This document shows, in pieces, positions 1 to 9,467 of a stretch of 64,000 bases of DNA (position 1 is the stretch's first letter; every line of letters begins with the position of its first letter). The notes under the pieces were generated by a model, which saw only the letters and a list, made by a program, of their open reading frames with translations, ran no database searches and was not told the DNA's origin. Position numbers and translations under genes: made by a program. The stretch comes from Candidatus Sysuimicrobiota bacterium. GTDB taxonomy: Bacteria > Sysuimicrobiota > Sysuimicrobiia > Sysuimicrobiales > Sysuimicrobiaceae. Where the stretch lies: contig PSLI01000001.1 in NCBI GenBank assembly GCA_040289515.1, positions 51,685 to 115,684 of the forward strand, read 5' to 3'.

Positions 1-2
1 TG

Positions 3-266
3 GAGGGTGCGGAACGGGTGGCCCGGGAGCTGGGGGCTGGGAAGGTGGAAAGCGAGGAGGGAGTGGCCAAGGTGTCCGTAGTCGGGGCGGGGATGGTGAG
101 CAACCCCGGGGTGGCCGCCACCATGTTCGGCGCTTTGGCCGCGGAGCAGATCAACATCCAGATGATCAGCACCTCCGAGATCAAGATCTCCTGCGTCATC
201 GACGCCGCCTCCGTGCCCCGGGCGGTGCGGGCCCTGCACCGGGCCTTCAACCTCGAGGAGGACTGA
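3..266 (+). CDS. lysC: aspartate kinase, C-terminal ACT domain (5' partial)
   Basis: KVSVVGAGMVSNPGVAATMF...INIQMISTSEIKISCVI...LHRAF is the typical aspartokinase C-terminal ACT end; the frame runs off the left edge. Confidence 0.92.
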   Translation, partial: EGAERVARELGAGKVESEEGVAKVSVVGAGMVSNPGVAATMFGALAAEQINIQMISTSEIKISCVIDAASVPRAVRALHRAFNLEED

Positions 267-292
267 AACCCGAACGCTTCTCGCAAACTGTC

Positions 293-321
293 TTGGACGG
301 CTGCCAACTTCCCGGTAGCAT
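293..321 (+). promoter_or_regulatory. putative sigma70 promoter for the NCS2 operon
   Basis: TTGGAC(293-298)-17 bp-TAGCAT(316-321); SD GGAGG at 372-376. Confidence 0.5.
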
Positions 322-384
322 AGGGCCGGCGGCCGGCACGTACCGGACGGCCCGTTCGTCATTTCCGAACTGGAGGTGGTGGCG

Positions 385-1785
385 TTGGCGCATGCGCGCG
401 CCCTCCCGGTGGAGGCAGGCTGGCTGGAGCGCACCTTTCAGCTGCGGGAGCGTAACACCACGGTGGGCACCGAGGTGCGGGCGGGGCTGACCACCTTCAT
501 GGTCATGGCCTACATCATTTTTGTGAACCCCAGCATCCTAGGCCAGGTGGCAGACCCCACGGGGGCCAAGATGCCCTTCCCGGCTGCGCTCACGGTCACG
601 TGCCTGACTGCGGGCGTGCTCAGCATCCTCATGGGCCTTGCGTCTAACTACCCCTTTGCCCTGGCGCCGGGCATGGGGCTGAACGCGGTGGTGACCTTCC
701 AGCTGGTGGGAGCCCTGAAGTTGACCTGGCCGCAGGCCATGTCCGTGATCCTGCTGGAAGGCCTGGTGATCCTGGTCCTGGTGCTCACCCGGTTCCGGGA
801 GGCGGTCATGGATGCCATCCCCATGTCCCTGAAGCGGGCCATCGGGGTGGGCATCGGCCTGTTCATCGCCCTGATCGGGTTCGTGAACGGCGGCTTCGTC
901 TCCAAGGGCGAGGCCACCGCTCTGACCCTAGGCCGGCTGCACGCCCTGCCCATGGCGGTGTTCGTGCTGGGGTTTTTGATCACGGGCTACCTGCTGGCTC
1001 GGCGGGTGCGGGGGGCTCTGCTGTCCGGCATCCTGCTGACCACGGCCGTGGCGGTGGTGGCCAACGCCCTGTGGGGTGGTGGCCGGGCCTTCGGTCCATC
1101 CGCGGTGCTGCCGGAGCGCTGGGTAGCGGCTCCCGCGGGCCTGTGGGGCCCGGACCGCGTGTTCGGCCGCGTGGACTTCGGCTTTTTCACCACCTTGGGG
1201 GTGGCCACGGCAGTTCTGGTCACCTTCTCCATCATGCTGGCGGACTTCTTCGACACCATGGGCACTGTGGTGGGCATCGCGGGAGAGGCGGGCTTCCTAG
1301 ACCCGCAGGGCCGGCTGCCGCGGATCCGGCAGGTCCTGCTGGTGGACTCCCTGGGCGCTGCCCTGGGCGGGTTTGCCAACAGCAGCAGCAACACCACCTA
1401 CATCGAAAGCGCCGCGGGGGTGGCGGAGGGCGGCCGCACGGGCGTGGTGTCCGTGGTGGTGGGCGTGCTGTTTTTGCTGGCCATGTTCTTGAACCCTATC
1501 GCGGGGATGGTGCCCAAGGAGGCCACGGCCCCCGCCCTGATCCTGGTGGGGTTCTTCATGATGACGGTGGCCAAGGACATCCCTTGGACGGACTACGAGG
1601 AGGCCATTCCCGCCTTCGTGACCATGCTGGTGATGCCCTTCACCTGGAACATCACCAACGGGATCGGGGCGGGGTTCATCACGTACACCGCTTTGAAACT
1701 TCTGGGCGGCAAAGCGCGCGAGGTGCGGCCCCTCATGTGGTTAGCGTCGGCCGCCTTCGTGGTGTACTTCCTGTTCCCCGCGTAG
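385..1785 (+). CDS. NCS2/AzgA-family purine (adenine/guanine/hypoxanthine) permease
   Basis: Motifs AGLTTFMVMAYIIFVNP, APGMGLNA, DFFDTMGT, TTYIESAAGVAEGGRTG; many TM segments; start set at TTG 385 after GGAGG (the ORF track gives 376). Confidence 0.92.
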   Translation: MAHARALPVEAGWLERTFQLRERNTTVGTEVRAGLTTFMVMAYIIFVNPSILGQVADPTGAKMPFPAALTVTCLTAGVLSILMGLASNYPFALAPGMGLNAVVTFQLVGALKLTWPQAMSVILLEGLVILVLVLTRFREAVMDAIPMSLKRAIGVGIGLFIALIGFVNGGFVSKGEATALTLGRLHALPMAVFVLGFLITGYLLARRVRGALLSGILLTTAVAVVANALWGGGRAFGPSAVLPERWVAAPAGLWGPDRVFGRVDFGFFTTLGVATAVLVTFSIMLADFFDTMGTVVGIAGEAGFLDPQGRLPRIRQVLLVDSLGAALGGFANSSSNTTYIESAAGVAEGGRTGVVSVVVGVLFLLAMFLNPIAGMVPKEATAPALILVGFFMMTVAKDIPWTDYEEAIPAFVTMLVMPFTWNITNGIGAGFITYTALKLLGGKAREVRPLMWLASAAFVVYFLFPA

Positions 1786-1789
1786 CGGT

Positions 1790-2581
1790 TTGCGCGTTGG
1801 TCTGGTAAGCCTGCTCACGGACTTCGGGCCCCACGGCCGCTACGTGGCGGAGGTCCGGGCGGTGCTGCTAGCACCAGCTCCCGGCGCGCGCGTGGAGGTG
1901 GTAGACATCAGCCACGCGGTACGCCCGCACCACGTGCGGGAGGCCGCGTACCTGCTGCGTTCCGCGGTGCGCAGCTTCCCGCCGGGAACGGTACACGTGG
2001 CCGTGGTGGACCCCACCGTGGGCACCGCGCGCCGGGCCGTGGTGGTAAGCTCCGGAGGCCACCTCCTGGTGGGGCCCGACAACGGCCTCCTGCTGCCCGC
2101 CGCCAGGTCTCTGGGCTCGCCCCAGGTGCGGGAGCTCGTGCACCCCGACCTGCGCAGACCGTGCGTGTACCCCACCTTCTGGGGACGGGACGTGTTTGCC
2201 CCGGCCGCCCGCTGGCTGGCCCTGGGCTTCCCCTTTGAGGAGGTGGGGCCAGAGGTCCGCGACCCTGTGGTGCTGGAGGAACGCGCCCCCCAGCGAGCGC
2301 CGGGACTACTGGTGGGAGAGGTGGTGACCTGCGACGCCTTCGGCAACCTCGGCACCAACATCCCCGGCAGCTGGCTGGACTCCCTGCCGGAGGCCGTCTG
2401 GGTCCGGCTGGAAAATCGAGCTGAGCCCGCCCGGCGGGTGCGCACCTACGCAGATGCGGCTCCCGGCACTTTGGTGGTGCTGGTGGGTAGCGACGGGCTC
2501 GTGGAGGTGGCAGTACGGGAGGGCAACGCCGCCTCCCGGCTTGGCGGGAGGCCGGGGGACCCCGTGGAGCTTCGAGCCTGA
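1790..2581 (+). CDS. SAM-dependent chlorinase/fluorinase / SAM hydroxide adenosyltransferase (DUF62) family protein
   Basis: LLTDFG, VDISH, VVDPTVGT, GPDNG, TFWGRDVFAP, DAFGNL.TNI, VEVAVREGNAA. Confidence 0.9.
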   Translation: MRVGLVSLLTDFGPHGRYVAEVRAVLLAPAPGARVEVVDISHAVRPHHVREAAYLLRSAVRSFPPGTVHVAVVDPTVGTARRAVVVSSGGHLLVGPDNGLLLPAARSLGSPQVRELVHPDLRRPCVYPTFWGRDVFAPAARWLALGFPFEEVGPEVRDPVVLEERAPQRAPGLLVGEVVTCDAFGNLGTNIPGSWLDSLPEAVWVRLENRAEPARRVRTYADAAPGTLVVLVGSDGLVEVAVREGNAASRLGGRPGDPVELRA

Positions 2582-2643
2582 CTCCGGGGCTAGATGGGGC
2601 GTTACAATGACCGGAAAGAGTTTTCCTGCGGGGAGGCGTCGAC

Positions 2644-3975
2644 ATGTGCGGCGTGTCGTGGAGGCAGGCGGCGGTTGTGGCGTGTCTAGCGGCCGCGCTG
2701 GTGGGCGCGTGGGTACTGCCCCTGCAGGCGGCGGATGCGTCGTTGGTGTTCCGGGTGGTGGAGCTCCTGCGGGACGAGCACGTATCCCGTCCGGACCCCG
2801 TGCAGCTGTACCGCGCGGCCATAGGCGGGCTGCGGGAGACGCTGCAGCGCGCGGGCATATCCGCGCCCCTTCCGGACGTGTTCGCCCGGGACGAGCAACA
2901 CGCCCGGGAGCAGTTTCAGCTCCGGTTCGACCAGGCCTTGCGGCTTGGTGCGGGCCGCTTGGGAGAGCGGGAGCTTCAGTTCGCGGCCGCGCGGGCCGCG
3001 GCGGCCAGCCTGCGGGACTCCCACACCAGCTTCATCACCCCGGAGCGGCTGGCGGAGCTGCGACGCCAGCAGCAGAACGAGGCGGCCTTCACGGGCATCG
3101 GCATCCTCCTGCTGGCCAAGGAGGGCAGATTCTACGCGCGCCTGGTGTTCCCCGGCGGGCCCGCACAGCGCGCTGGGCTTCGGCCCTTCGACCGCATCCT
3201 GGCCATCGACGGGGTGAGCACGGAGGGGATGACCACCGACCAGGTATCCAGCCGCATCCGCGGGCCCCAGGGGACCCAGGTCAGCCTCACCATCCAGCGC
3301 CCGGGCCAGTCCGCCCCCGTGGTGGTCACCACGGTGCGGGAGCCCATCGTGGTGCCCTCCGTGGAGTGGGCCTTGTTGGAGGGGGACGTGGGGTACGTGC
3401 GCTTCGGGCAGTTCAACCAGGGCTCCAGCGCCCGTCTGGCCCGGGCGGTAGCGGAGCTTCAGCAGCAGGGTGTGCGGGGCCTGGTGTTGGATCTGCGGGG
3501 TAACCGGGGGGGGCTCGTGTCCGAGCTGAACCGGGTGGCGGAGCTGTTTTTGCCGCCGGGCGCGCTAGTGTATACCCTGGAGAGCCGGGAGGAAGGCCGC
3601 GGCAGCTACGTGACGCGCTCCGGCCCTCTTCTGGCCTCCTCAGTGCCCATGGTGGTGCTGGTGGACGACGACACCGCCAGCGCGGCGGAGCTTTTGAGTG
3701 CTGCGCTGCGCGACCACGGTCGGGCACCCCTTGTGGGCGTTCGCACCGCGGGTGCGGTCCTGTTGAGCGTGACGTTTCCCCTGCCCGGGGGCGCAGGCCT
3801 GAGCGTGGCCATCGCCCGCATGCGAACCCCTCGCGGGGAGGAATTGGAAGGGCGCGGCCTGGTCCCAGACGTGCAGGTGGATCTCACCACCGCGGACCTG
3901 GAAGCTGGGTTCGATAGCCAGCTGGTGCGCGGCCGGGAGGTACTGGGCCGCAGCGCGGCCACCTGGGCCCGCTGA
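2644..3975 (+). CDS. secreted S41-family peptidase with PDZ domain
   Basis: Signal peptide; [24 protein letters not shown] with the catalytic Ser; GLVPDV. Confidence 0.88.
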   Translation: MCGVSWRQAAVVACLAAALVGAWVLPLQAADASLVFRVVELLRDEHVSRPDPVQLYRAAIGGLRETLQRAGISAPLPDVFARDEQHAREQFQLRFDQALRLGAGRLGERELQFAAARAAAASLRDSHTSFITPERLAELRRQQQNEAAFTGIGILLLAKEGRFYARLVFPGGPAQRAGLRPFDRILAIDGVSTEGMTTDQVSSRIRGPQGTQVSLTIQRPGQSAPVVVTTVREPIVVPSVEWALLEGDVGYVRFGQFNQGSSARLARAVAELQQQGVRGLVLDLRGNRGGLVSELNRVAELFLPPGALVYTLESREEGRGSYVTRSGPLLASSVPMVVLVDDDTASAAELLSAALRDHGRAPLVGVRTAGAVLLSVTFPLPGGAGLSVAIARMRTPRGEELEGRGLVPDVQVDLTTADLEAGFDSQLVRGREVLGRSAATWAR

Positions 3976-4054
3976 GCTTTCCCCGGGTCGTGGCGGCAGG
4001 GACCGGCTCGGGTGGTGTGGAAGTCACCGCCTCAAAGCCAGTCAGGAGGGGACC

Positions 4055-5419
4055 ATGAAGGACCTCACAAAGGTGGTACTGCCGGAAACCGAGCTGCCCA
4101 AGGCCTGGTACAACATCCTGGCGGACCTGCCGACCCCTCCCCCACCCCCCCTCCATCCGGGGACCAAGCAGCCCGTGAGCCCCGGGGACCTTGAACCCCT
4201 GTTTCCCCGGGAGATCATCCTGCAGGAGGTCGCTACGGAGCGGTGGATCGACATCCCCGAGCCCGTGCGGGAGGTGTACCGCCTGTGGAGGCCCACGCCC
4301 CTCATCCGGGCACGCCGGCTGGAGGCGGCGTTGCAAACCCCCGCCCGCATCTACTACAAGTACGAGGGTGTAAGCCCCGCGGGCAGCCACAAGCCCAACA
4401 CCGCGGTGGCGCAAGCCTTCTACAACTGGCAGGCGGGCGTGCGGCGCCTCACCACGGAGACCGGGGCGGGACAGTGGGGGTCGGCCCTGGCCATGGCCTG
4501 CCGCATGTTCGGACTGGACTGCACCGTGTACATGGTGCGGGTCAGCTACCAGCAGAAGCCCTACCGCCGCATCCTGATGGAAACGTGGGGGGCGGAGGTG
4601 GTGCCCAGCCCCAGCGACCGCACCCAGGCGGGACGGACCATCCGCCAGCAGCATCCGGACTCCCCCGGCAGCTTGGGCATCGCCATCAGCGAGGCGGTGG
4701 AGGACGCGGCCACCCACGAGGACACCAAGTACTCCCTGGGCAGCGTGCTGAACCACGTCCTTTTGCACCAGACGGTCCTCGGCCTGGAGGCCAAGCGGCA
4801 GATGGAGGTGTTCGACGACTACCCGGACGTGGTCATCGGGTGCATCGGTGGCGGGAGCAACTTCGCGGGGCTGGCGTTCCCCTTTCTGCAGGATAAGCTG
4901 CGGGGCCGGAACCTACGGGTGGTGGCCGTGGAGCCCACCGCCTGCCCCACCCTCACCAAGGGGCGCTATCTGTACGACTTCGGGGACACCGCGCGCACGA
5001 CCCCGCTCCTTAAGATGTACACCCTGGGGCACACCTTCATCCCGCCGGGCATCCACGCGGGTGGCCTCCGCTACCACGGGGACGCGCCCACCGTGTGCCT
5101 GCTGGTGCACCAGGGCTACATCGAGGCGGTGGCGTACCCGCAGAATGCCGTGTTCGAGGCCGCGGTGACCTTTGCCCGCACGGAGGGCATCCCCCCGGCC
5201 CCGGAGAGCGCCCACGCGGTGCGGCGCGCCATCGACGAGGCCATCGCGTGCCGGGAGTCGGGGGAGTCGCGGGCCATCCTGTTCAACCTGTCGGGTCACG
5301 GGCACTTCGACCTGGCGGCGTACGAGGAGTACCTGAGCGGGAGGTTGCCGGACTTCGAGTACCCGGAGGAGGAGGTTCGCAGGGCCCTGGAGGGGCTGGG
5401 GGCGCTGCAGCCCGCCTGA
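4055..5419 (+). CDS. trpB2: tryptophan synthase beta-2 (TrpB2-like PLP enzyme)
   Basis: [17 protein letters not shown] (PLP Lys), [38 protein letters not shown]. Confidence 0.93.
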   Translation: MKDLTKVVLPETELPKAWYNILADLPTPPPPPLHPGTKQPVSPGDLEPLFPREIILQEVATERWIDIPEPVREVYRLWRPTPLIRARRLEAALQTPARIYYKYEGVSPAGSHKPNTAVAQAFYNWQAGVRRLTTETGAGQWGSALAMACRMFGLDCTVYMVRVSYQQKPYRRILMETWGAEVVPSPSDRTQAGRTIRQQHPDSPGSLGIAISEAVEDAATHEDTKYSLGSVLNHVLLHQTVLGLEAKRQMEVFDDYPDVVIGCIGGGSNFAGLAFPFLQDKLRGRNLRVVAVEPTACPTLTKGRYLYDFGDTARTTPLLKMYTLGHTFIPPGIHAGGLRYHGDAPTVCLLVHQGYIEAVAYPQNAVFEAAVTFARTEGIPPAPESAHAVRRAIDEAIACRESGESRAILFNLSGHGHFDLAAYEEYLSGRLPDFEYPEEEVRRALEGLGALQPA

Positions 5420-5422
5420 GGA

Positions 5423-5824
5423 TCACGCGCCCGCCAGGGGGAAGCCCAGCACGCGGTCGGCCCGGAGCCCCAGCTCCAGCAGGAGCTGCAGGGCTTGCGG
5501 GCGGCACTCCTCCGGCACCACCAGGTGGAACTCCCCACCGCAGGCGTCCGCGTACGCGCGAAACAGCCGCCACTGCTGCGCGGTCTCCTCCAGGTGCAGG
5601 GTGTCGCACGTCTCCACCTCCACCACCACCAGGCGGTTGGCGGGATCACGGCAGGTGAGATCGGGCCGGGAGGGCGAAAACCCTGCCAGGTGGAGGGAGC
5701 GGGGCGGCCGCTGCCCGGGCAGGTCCGCGAAGATGCGCTGGAATCCGGAAGCTGCGTACGCGCCGCAGGCGGCCCGGACTAGCCGCACGTGCCACTGAAA
5801 GGACGCCAGCTTGCGGTGCGCCAC
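5423..5824 (-). CDS. small hypothetical protein, PD-(D/E)xK-like fold
   Basis: Fills the gap between trpB2 and the regulator; PDLTC...VVVEVET pattern. Confidence 0.65.
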   Translation of the reverse strand: MAHRKLASFQWHVRLVRAACGAYAASGFQRIFADLPGQRPPRSLHLAGFSPSRPDLTCRDPANRLVVVEVETCDTLHLEETAQQWRLFRAYADACGGEFHLVVPEECRPQALQLLLELGLRADRVLGFPLAGA

Positions 5825-5898
5825 GGCCCCAGCTTGCCACGGCAGCGCCTACGGGCCAAGGTGCCCCCGCCGTGCTATGGTTTCCTCAAGAGGGAGTC

Positions 5899-6591
5899 GT
5901 GTCCACCCACGACATCGCCAAGACCGAGCGGACGGAGATGTACCTCAAGGCGGTGTTTGCCTTGCAGCACACCGCTCCCCCGGCCACCGTGTCGAAGGTG
6001 GCGGACTTTATGGGCGTTTCGGTGCCCTCCGCCTCAGAGATGCTGAAGCGGCTGGAGCAGCAGGGGTACGTCCAGGGCACCGGGGAGGGCGTGGGCCTGA
6101 CGCCTGCAGGGTGGGAGGTGGCGGTGCGGGTGGTGCGCAGGCTGAGGCTGGCCGAGCGCCTGCTCACCGACGTCCTGGGATTGGATCTGGAGCGGGTGTA
6201 CGAGGAGGCGTGCAAGCTGGAGCACGTCATCAGCCCGGAGGTGGAAGCCAGGTTGGAGCACGTGCTGGGCTCGCCCGCTCGTTGCCCCCACGGCCTGCCC
6301 ATTCCGGGTCCGGATGGCTCCGTGGACCCCGTGCCCGGTTGCACCCTCGCGGACCTAGCGGAGGGCGACGCAGGATACGTGTGGGCCATCCCCGAGGAAG
6401 ATCCGCAACTGGTCGCCTACCTGCGTTCCCTGCACCTGGTGCCGAACACGCGTGTGCAGGTGTTGGAGGTGGCGCCCTTCAACGGGCCCATCTTCTTCGA
6501 CGCAGGGGGGCTCCGACACGCCATTGGACGGGAGGCGGCTAGCCGCGTTTGGGTGCAGCGGGAGATAGGTAACTCTGTACAGGATCGTTAG
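5899..6591 (+). CDS. DtxR/MntR/IdeR-family metal-dependent repressor with C-terminal FeoA-like domain
   Basis: EMYLKAVF, HTH, RLAERLLTDVLG, EEACKLEHVIS, CPHGLPIP; GTG start after AGGGAG. Confidence 0.92.
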   Translation: MSTHDIAKTERTEMYLKAVFALQHTAPPATVSKVADFMGVSVPSASEMLKRLEQQGYVQGTGEGVGLTPAGWEVAVRVVRRLRLAERLLTDVLGLDLERVYEEACKLEHVISPEVEARLEHVLGSPARCPHGLPIPGPDGSVDPVPGCTLADLAEGDAGYVWAIPEEDPQLVAYLRSLHLVPNTRVQVLEVAPFNGPIFFDAGGLRHAIGREAASRVWVQREIGNSVQDR

Positions 6592-6593
6592 GG

Positions 6594-6624
6594 TTGACAA
6601 GCCAGTCTGGTTAGACTAGCCTAA
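6594..6624 (+). promoter_or_regulatory. sigma70 promoter overlapped by a DtxR-type operator
   Basis: TTGACA(6594-6599)-17 bp-TAGCCT(6617-6622); palindrome TTAG-ACTAGC-CTAA at 6611-6624. Confidence 0.7.
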
Positions 6625-6674
6625 AAGTCACAAATCCTGAGTTCTTCGATTCACACAAAGGAGGTGTTGGCGGC

Positions 6675-7712
6675 GTGCGATCCCGCCTGTTGTCTACTCT
6701 AGCGGTCCTGGTGGTTTTCGTGGTACTGCCCAGGTCGGGCGCCTTCGGCCAAGCTAGAGAGCTTAACCTGTACAACGGACGCCACTACGACACCGACGAG
6801 GCCATCTACCGGGAGTTCACCCGCAGGACCGGGGTACGGGTGAACCTGATCCAGGGGGACGCGGACCAGCTCATCGAGCGCATCCGGGCGGAGGGGGCCA
6901 CGAGCCCCGCGGACGTGCTGATCACCGTAGACGCCGGGCGCCTGTACCGGGCCCAGCAGCTGGGGTTGTGTCAGCGGGTGGACTCGCCGGTGCTGCACAC
7001 CCGGATCCCCGCGCACCTGCGGGACCCGCAGGGCCACTGGTTCGGGTTCACGAAGCGCTATCGGGTCATCGCGTACGCCCGGGCGCGCGTGCCGCGATCG
7101 ATGCTGTCCACGTACGAGGACCTGAGTTCCTCCCGCTGGAAGGGCAGGCTGCTGGTGCGCAGCTCCAGCCACGTGTACAACCAGTCCCTGGTGGGAGCCC
7201 TGCTGGCGTGGCACGGGGAGTCCTTCGTGGCTCGCTGGGCCCGGGGCGTGGTGGCCAACCTAGGGCGTCCCCCGCAGGGAGGCGACCTGGACCAGCTGCG
7301 CGCTGTGGCGGCAGGGGAGGGCGACGTGGCCCTGGTGAACCATTACTATTACCTGCGCCTGCTGAACTCGCCTCACCCCGTCGACCGCGCGGTGGCCCAG
7401 CAGGTGGGGTTGTTCTTCCCTAACCAGGAGCCCGAGGAACGGGGCGTGCACGTGAACCTGAGCGGTGCGTGCGTGACCAGCACCTCCCGCAACCGCCAGG
7501 CCGCGGTGGCCTTCCTGGAGTTCTTAAGCTCCGATTTCGCCCAGGAGGTGTTCGCCAGAGGCAACTTCGAGTTCCCGGCGGTCCGCGGCATTGCCAACCC
7601 CATGGCCGCAGTCGCACCCGCCACGCTGCGGGAGGACACGCTGAACGCGGCTGTCTACGCCGCAAACGGTGGGAAGGCCCTGCAGCTGATGGTGGCAGCG
7701 GGCTGGAGGTGA
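6675..7712 (+). CDS. Fe(III) ABC transporter substrate-binding protein (FutA/FbpA-like)
   Basis: Signal peptide; LYNGRHY, SPADVLITVDAGRL, RSSSHVYNQSL, NHYYY, GVHVNLSG. Confidence 0.9.
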   Translation: MRSRLLSTLAVLVVFVVLPRSGAFGQARELNLYNGRHYDTDEAIYREFTRRTGVRVNLIQGDADQLIERIRAEGATSPADVLITVDAGRLYRAQQLGLCQRVDSPVLHTRIPAHLRDPQGHWFGFTKRYRVIAYARARVPRSMLSTYEDLSSSRWKGRLLVRSSSHVYNQSLVGALLAWHGESFVARWARGVVANLGRPPQGGDLDQLRAVAAGEGDVALVNHYYYLRLLNSPHPVDRAVAQQVGLFFPNQEPEERGVHVNLSGACVTSTSRNRQAAVAFLEFLSSDFAQEVFARGNFEFPAVRGIANPMAAVAPATLREDTLNAAVYAANGGKALQLMVAAGWR

Positions 7713-7724
7713 GCTCCTATCCCC

Positions 7725-9458
7725 GTGACCGCACCGGGGGCGGGTAGGGGAGCCGGCTCGGGTGTCTGGTTTTCGGCTCGGCAGGGCCTGCTACCCGCCT
7801 GCGGTGCCGCGCTGGCCGTGGCGTTGTCCCTGCCCGTCCTCACAGTGGCGGCCACCGTCCTCAGCCCCGCGCACGGAGAGTGGGTGGAGTTTGTGCGGTT
7901 GGTGCTCCCCCGCTACGTGCAGAACACCGTGTGGCTGCTGGGAGGGGTTGGCGTGGGGACCCTGGTGGTGGGGGTCACCGCCGCGTGGGTGGTGACCGCC
8001 TACCGGTTCCCCGGCCGGCGGCTGGCCCAGGTCGTTTTGCTGCTGCCCCTGGCGGTACCCGCGTACCTCGTGGCGTACGCGTACGCGGACCTGCTGCAGT
8101 ACTCGGGGCCGGTGCAGTCCGCCCTGCGGGCGTGGCTGGGGTTGGCCCGAGGCTACCCGTTCCCGGAGATTCGCTCCCTGGGCGGGGCGGTGTTCGTGCT
8201 CACCTTTGTCCTGTACCCCTACGTGTATCTTCTGACGCGGGCCGCGCTCTTGGAGCAGTCGCCCCTCACGTGGGAGGTAAGCCGGACCCTCGGGTATGGG
8301 GCGTGGGGGACGTTCTTGCGGGTGGCCCTGCCCGTGGCCCGACCGGGAATCGCGGCCGGGCTCGGCCTCGTGGGGATGGAGGTGCTGGCGGACTTCGGCA
8401 CGGTAAAGTACTTCGAGCTGGACACCTTCGCTACCGGGGTGTACCTGGTGTGGTTCAGCTACGGGTCCGTGGCGGGAGCTGCCCGGCTGGCAGCTTGGCT
8501 GGTGGGGTTCGTGCTGGCCGTGGTGGCGGTGGAGCGCCTGTCGCGGGGCCGCCGCAGGTACCACAGGCCTCCAGGCCCGCTCCGCGAGGCGCGCCCCATG
8601 CACCTTTCCGGCGTGCAGGCAGCGGTGGCGCTGGTCGCCTGCCTTCTGCCGCCCGCGGTGGGCTTTGGGATCCCGGGGACCTACCTCGCGTGGATGGCAT
8701 GGGTGGGGGGGGACCCCCTGTGGAGTAGGGCTTTCCTGGAGCTGGCGGGCAACACCTTCGCTCTGGCCGCCGCCACCGCGGCCGTGGCAGTGCTCCTGGC
8801 GGCGGTGCTGGCGTACGGCGTACGCCTTGCCCCCAGCCCCGTGATGCATCTGGCCGCTCGGGTGGTCTCCCTGGGTTACGCGGTGCCAGGTGTGGTGGTG
8901 GCCGTTGGGATCCTGGTGCCCTTCGGCTGGCTCGCAAATCTGCTGGACCCGTACCTGCGGCGTTTGGGCCTTTCGGGCGCGGCCCTCACCGGCTCCACCT
9001 TCACCCTGGTCTACGCCTACCTGGTCCGGTTCCTCGCCGCAGCCCTGAGCACCGTGGAGGCGGGCCTGAGCCGCATCGGCCCCACCCTGGAGGGTGCCGC
9101 CAGGACCCTGGGCCACGGGCCCTCAAGCGTCCTGGTGCGGGTTCACGCCCCCCTCATGCGGGGGAGCGTGTTCACGGCAGCCCTGTTGGTGTTCGTGGAC
9201 GCCCTCAAGGAGCTGCCGGCCACCCTGGTCCTCAGACCCCTCAACTTCGACACCCTGGCGGTTCGGGTGTACCAGCTGGCCAGTGACGAGCGCTTGATGC
9301 AGGCGTCCACCGCGGGGCTGTGCATCGTAGCCGTGGGGCTGTTGCCGGTTCTGCTGCTGGACCGGGCGGTGCACCGCTCCCGGGTTGAAGCCCCCGTCGA
9401 GATTTCGGGCGCCCATCGGGCGGAGGTCCGATTGACCCCACCTGTGCGCTTCGCCTAG
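7725..9458 (+). CDS. Fe(III) ABC transporter permease (FbpB/FutB-like)
   Basis: Duplicated permease; PLAVPAYLVAYAY, LYPYVYLL, LKELPATLVLRPLNFDTLA. Confidence 0.9.
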   Translation: MTAPGAGRGAGSGVWFSARQGLLPACGAALAVALSLPVLTVAATVLSPAHGEWVEFVRLVLPRYVQNTVWLLGGVGVGTLVVGVTAAWVVTAYRFPGRRLAQVVLLLPLAVPAYLVAYAYADLLQYSGPVQSALRAWLGLARGYPFPEIRSLGGAVFVLTFVLYPYVYLLTRAALLEQSPLTWEVSRTLGYGAWGTFLRVALPVARPGIAAGLGLVGMEVLADFGTVKYFELDTFATGVYLVWFSYGSVAGAARLAAWLVGFVLAVVAVERLSRGRRRYHRPPGPLREARPMHLSGVQAAVALVACLLPPAVGFGIPGTYLAWMAWVGGDPLWSRAFLELAGNTFALAAATAAVAVLLAAVLAYGVRLAPSPVMHLAARVVSLGYAVPGVVVAVGILVPFGWLANLLDPYLRRLGLSGAALTGSTFTLVYAYLVRFLAAALSTVEAGLSRIGPTLEGAARTLGHGPSSVLVRVHAPLMRGSVFTAALLVFVDALKELPATLVLRPLNFDTLAVRVYQLASDERLMQASTAGLCIVAVGLLPVLLLDRAVHRSRVEAPVEISGAHRAEVRLTPPVRFA

Positions 9459-9463
9459 CCTAA
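9432..9463 (+). promoter_or_regulatory. putative internal promoter and second operator copy before the ATPase gene
   Basis: TTGACC(9432-9437)-18 bp-TAGCCT(9456-9461); TTCG-CCTAGC-CTAA resembles the box at 6611; ATG lies 6 nt after the -10. Confidence 0.5.
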
Positions 9464-9467
9464 CCCG

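Noticed and set aside
322..384. Purine riboswitch before the NCS2 permease
   Set aside because: The leader is only about 55 nt and lacks the conserved purine-aptamer core.
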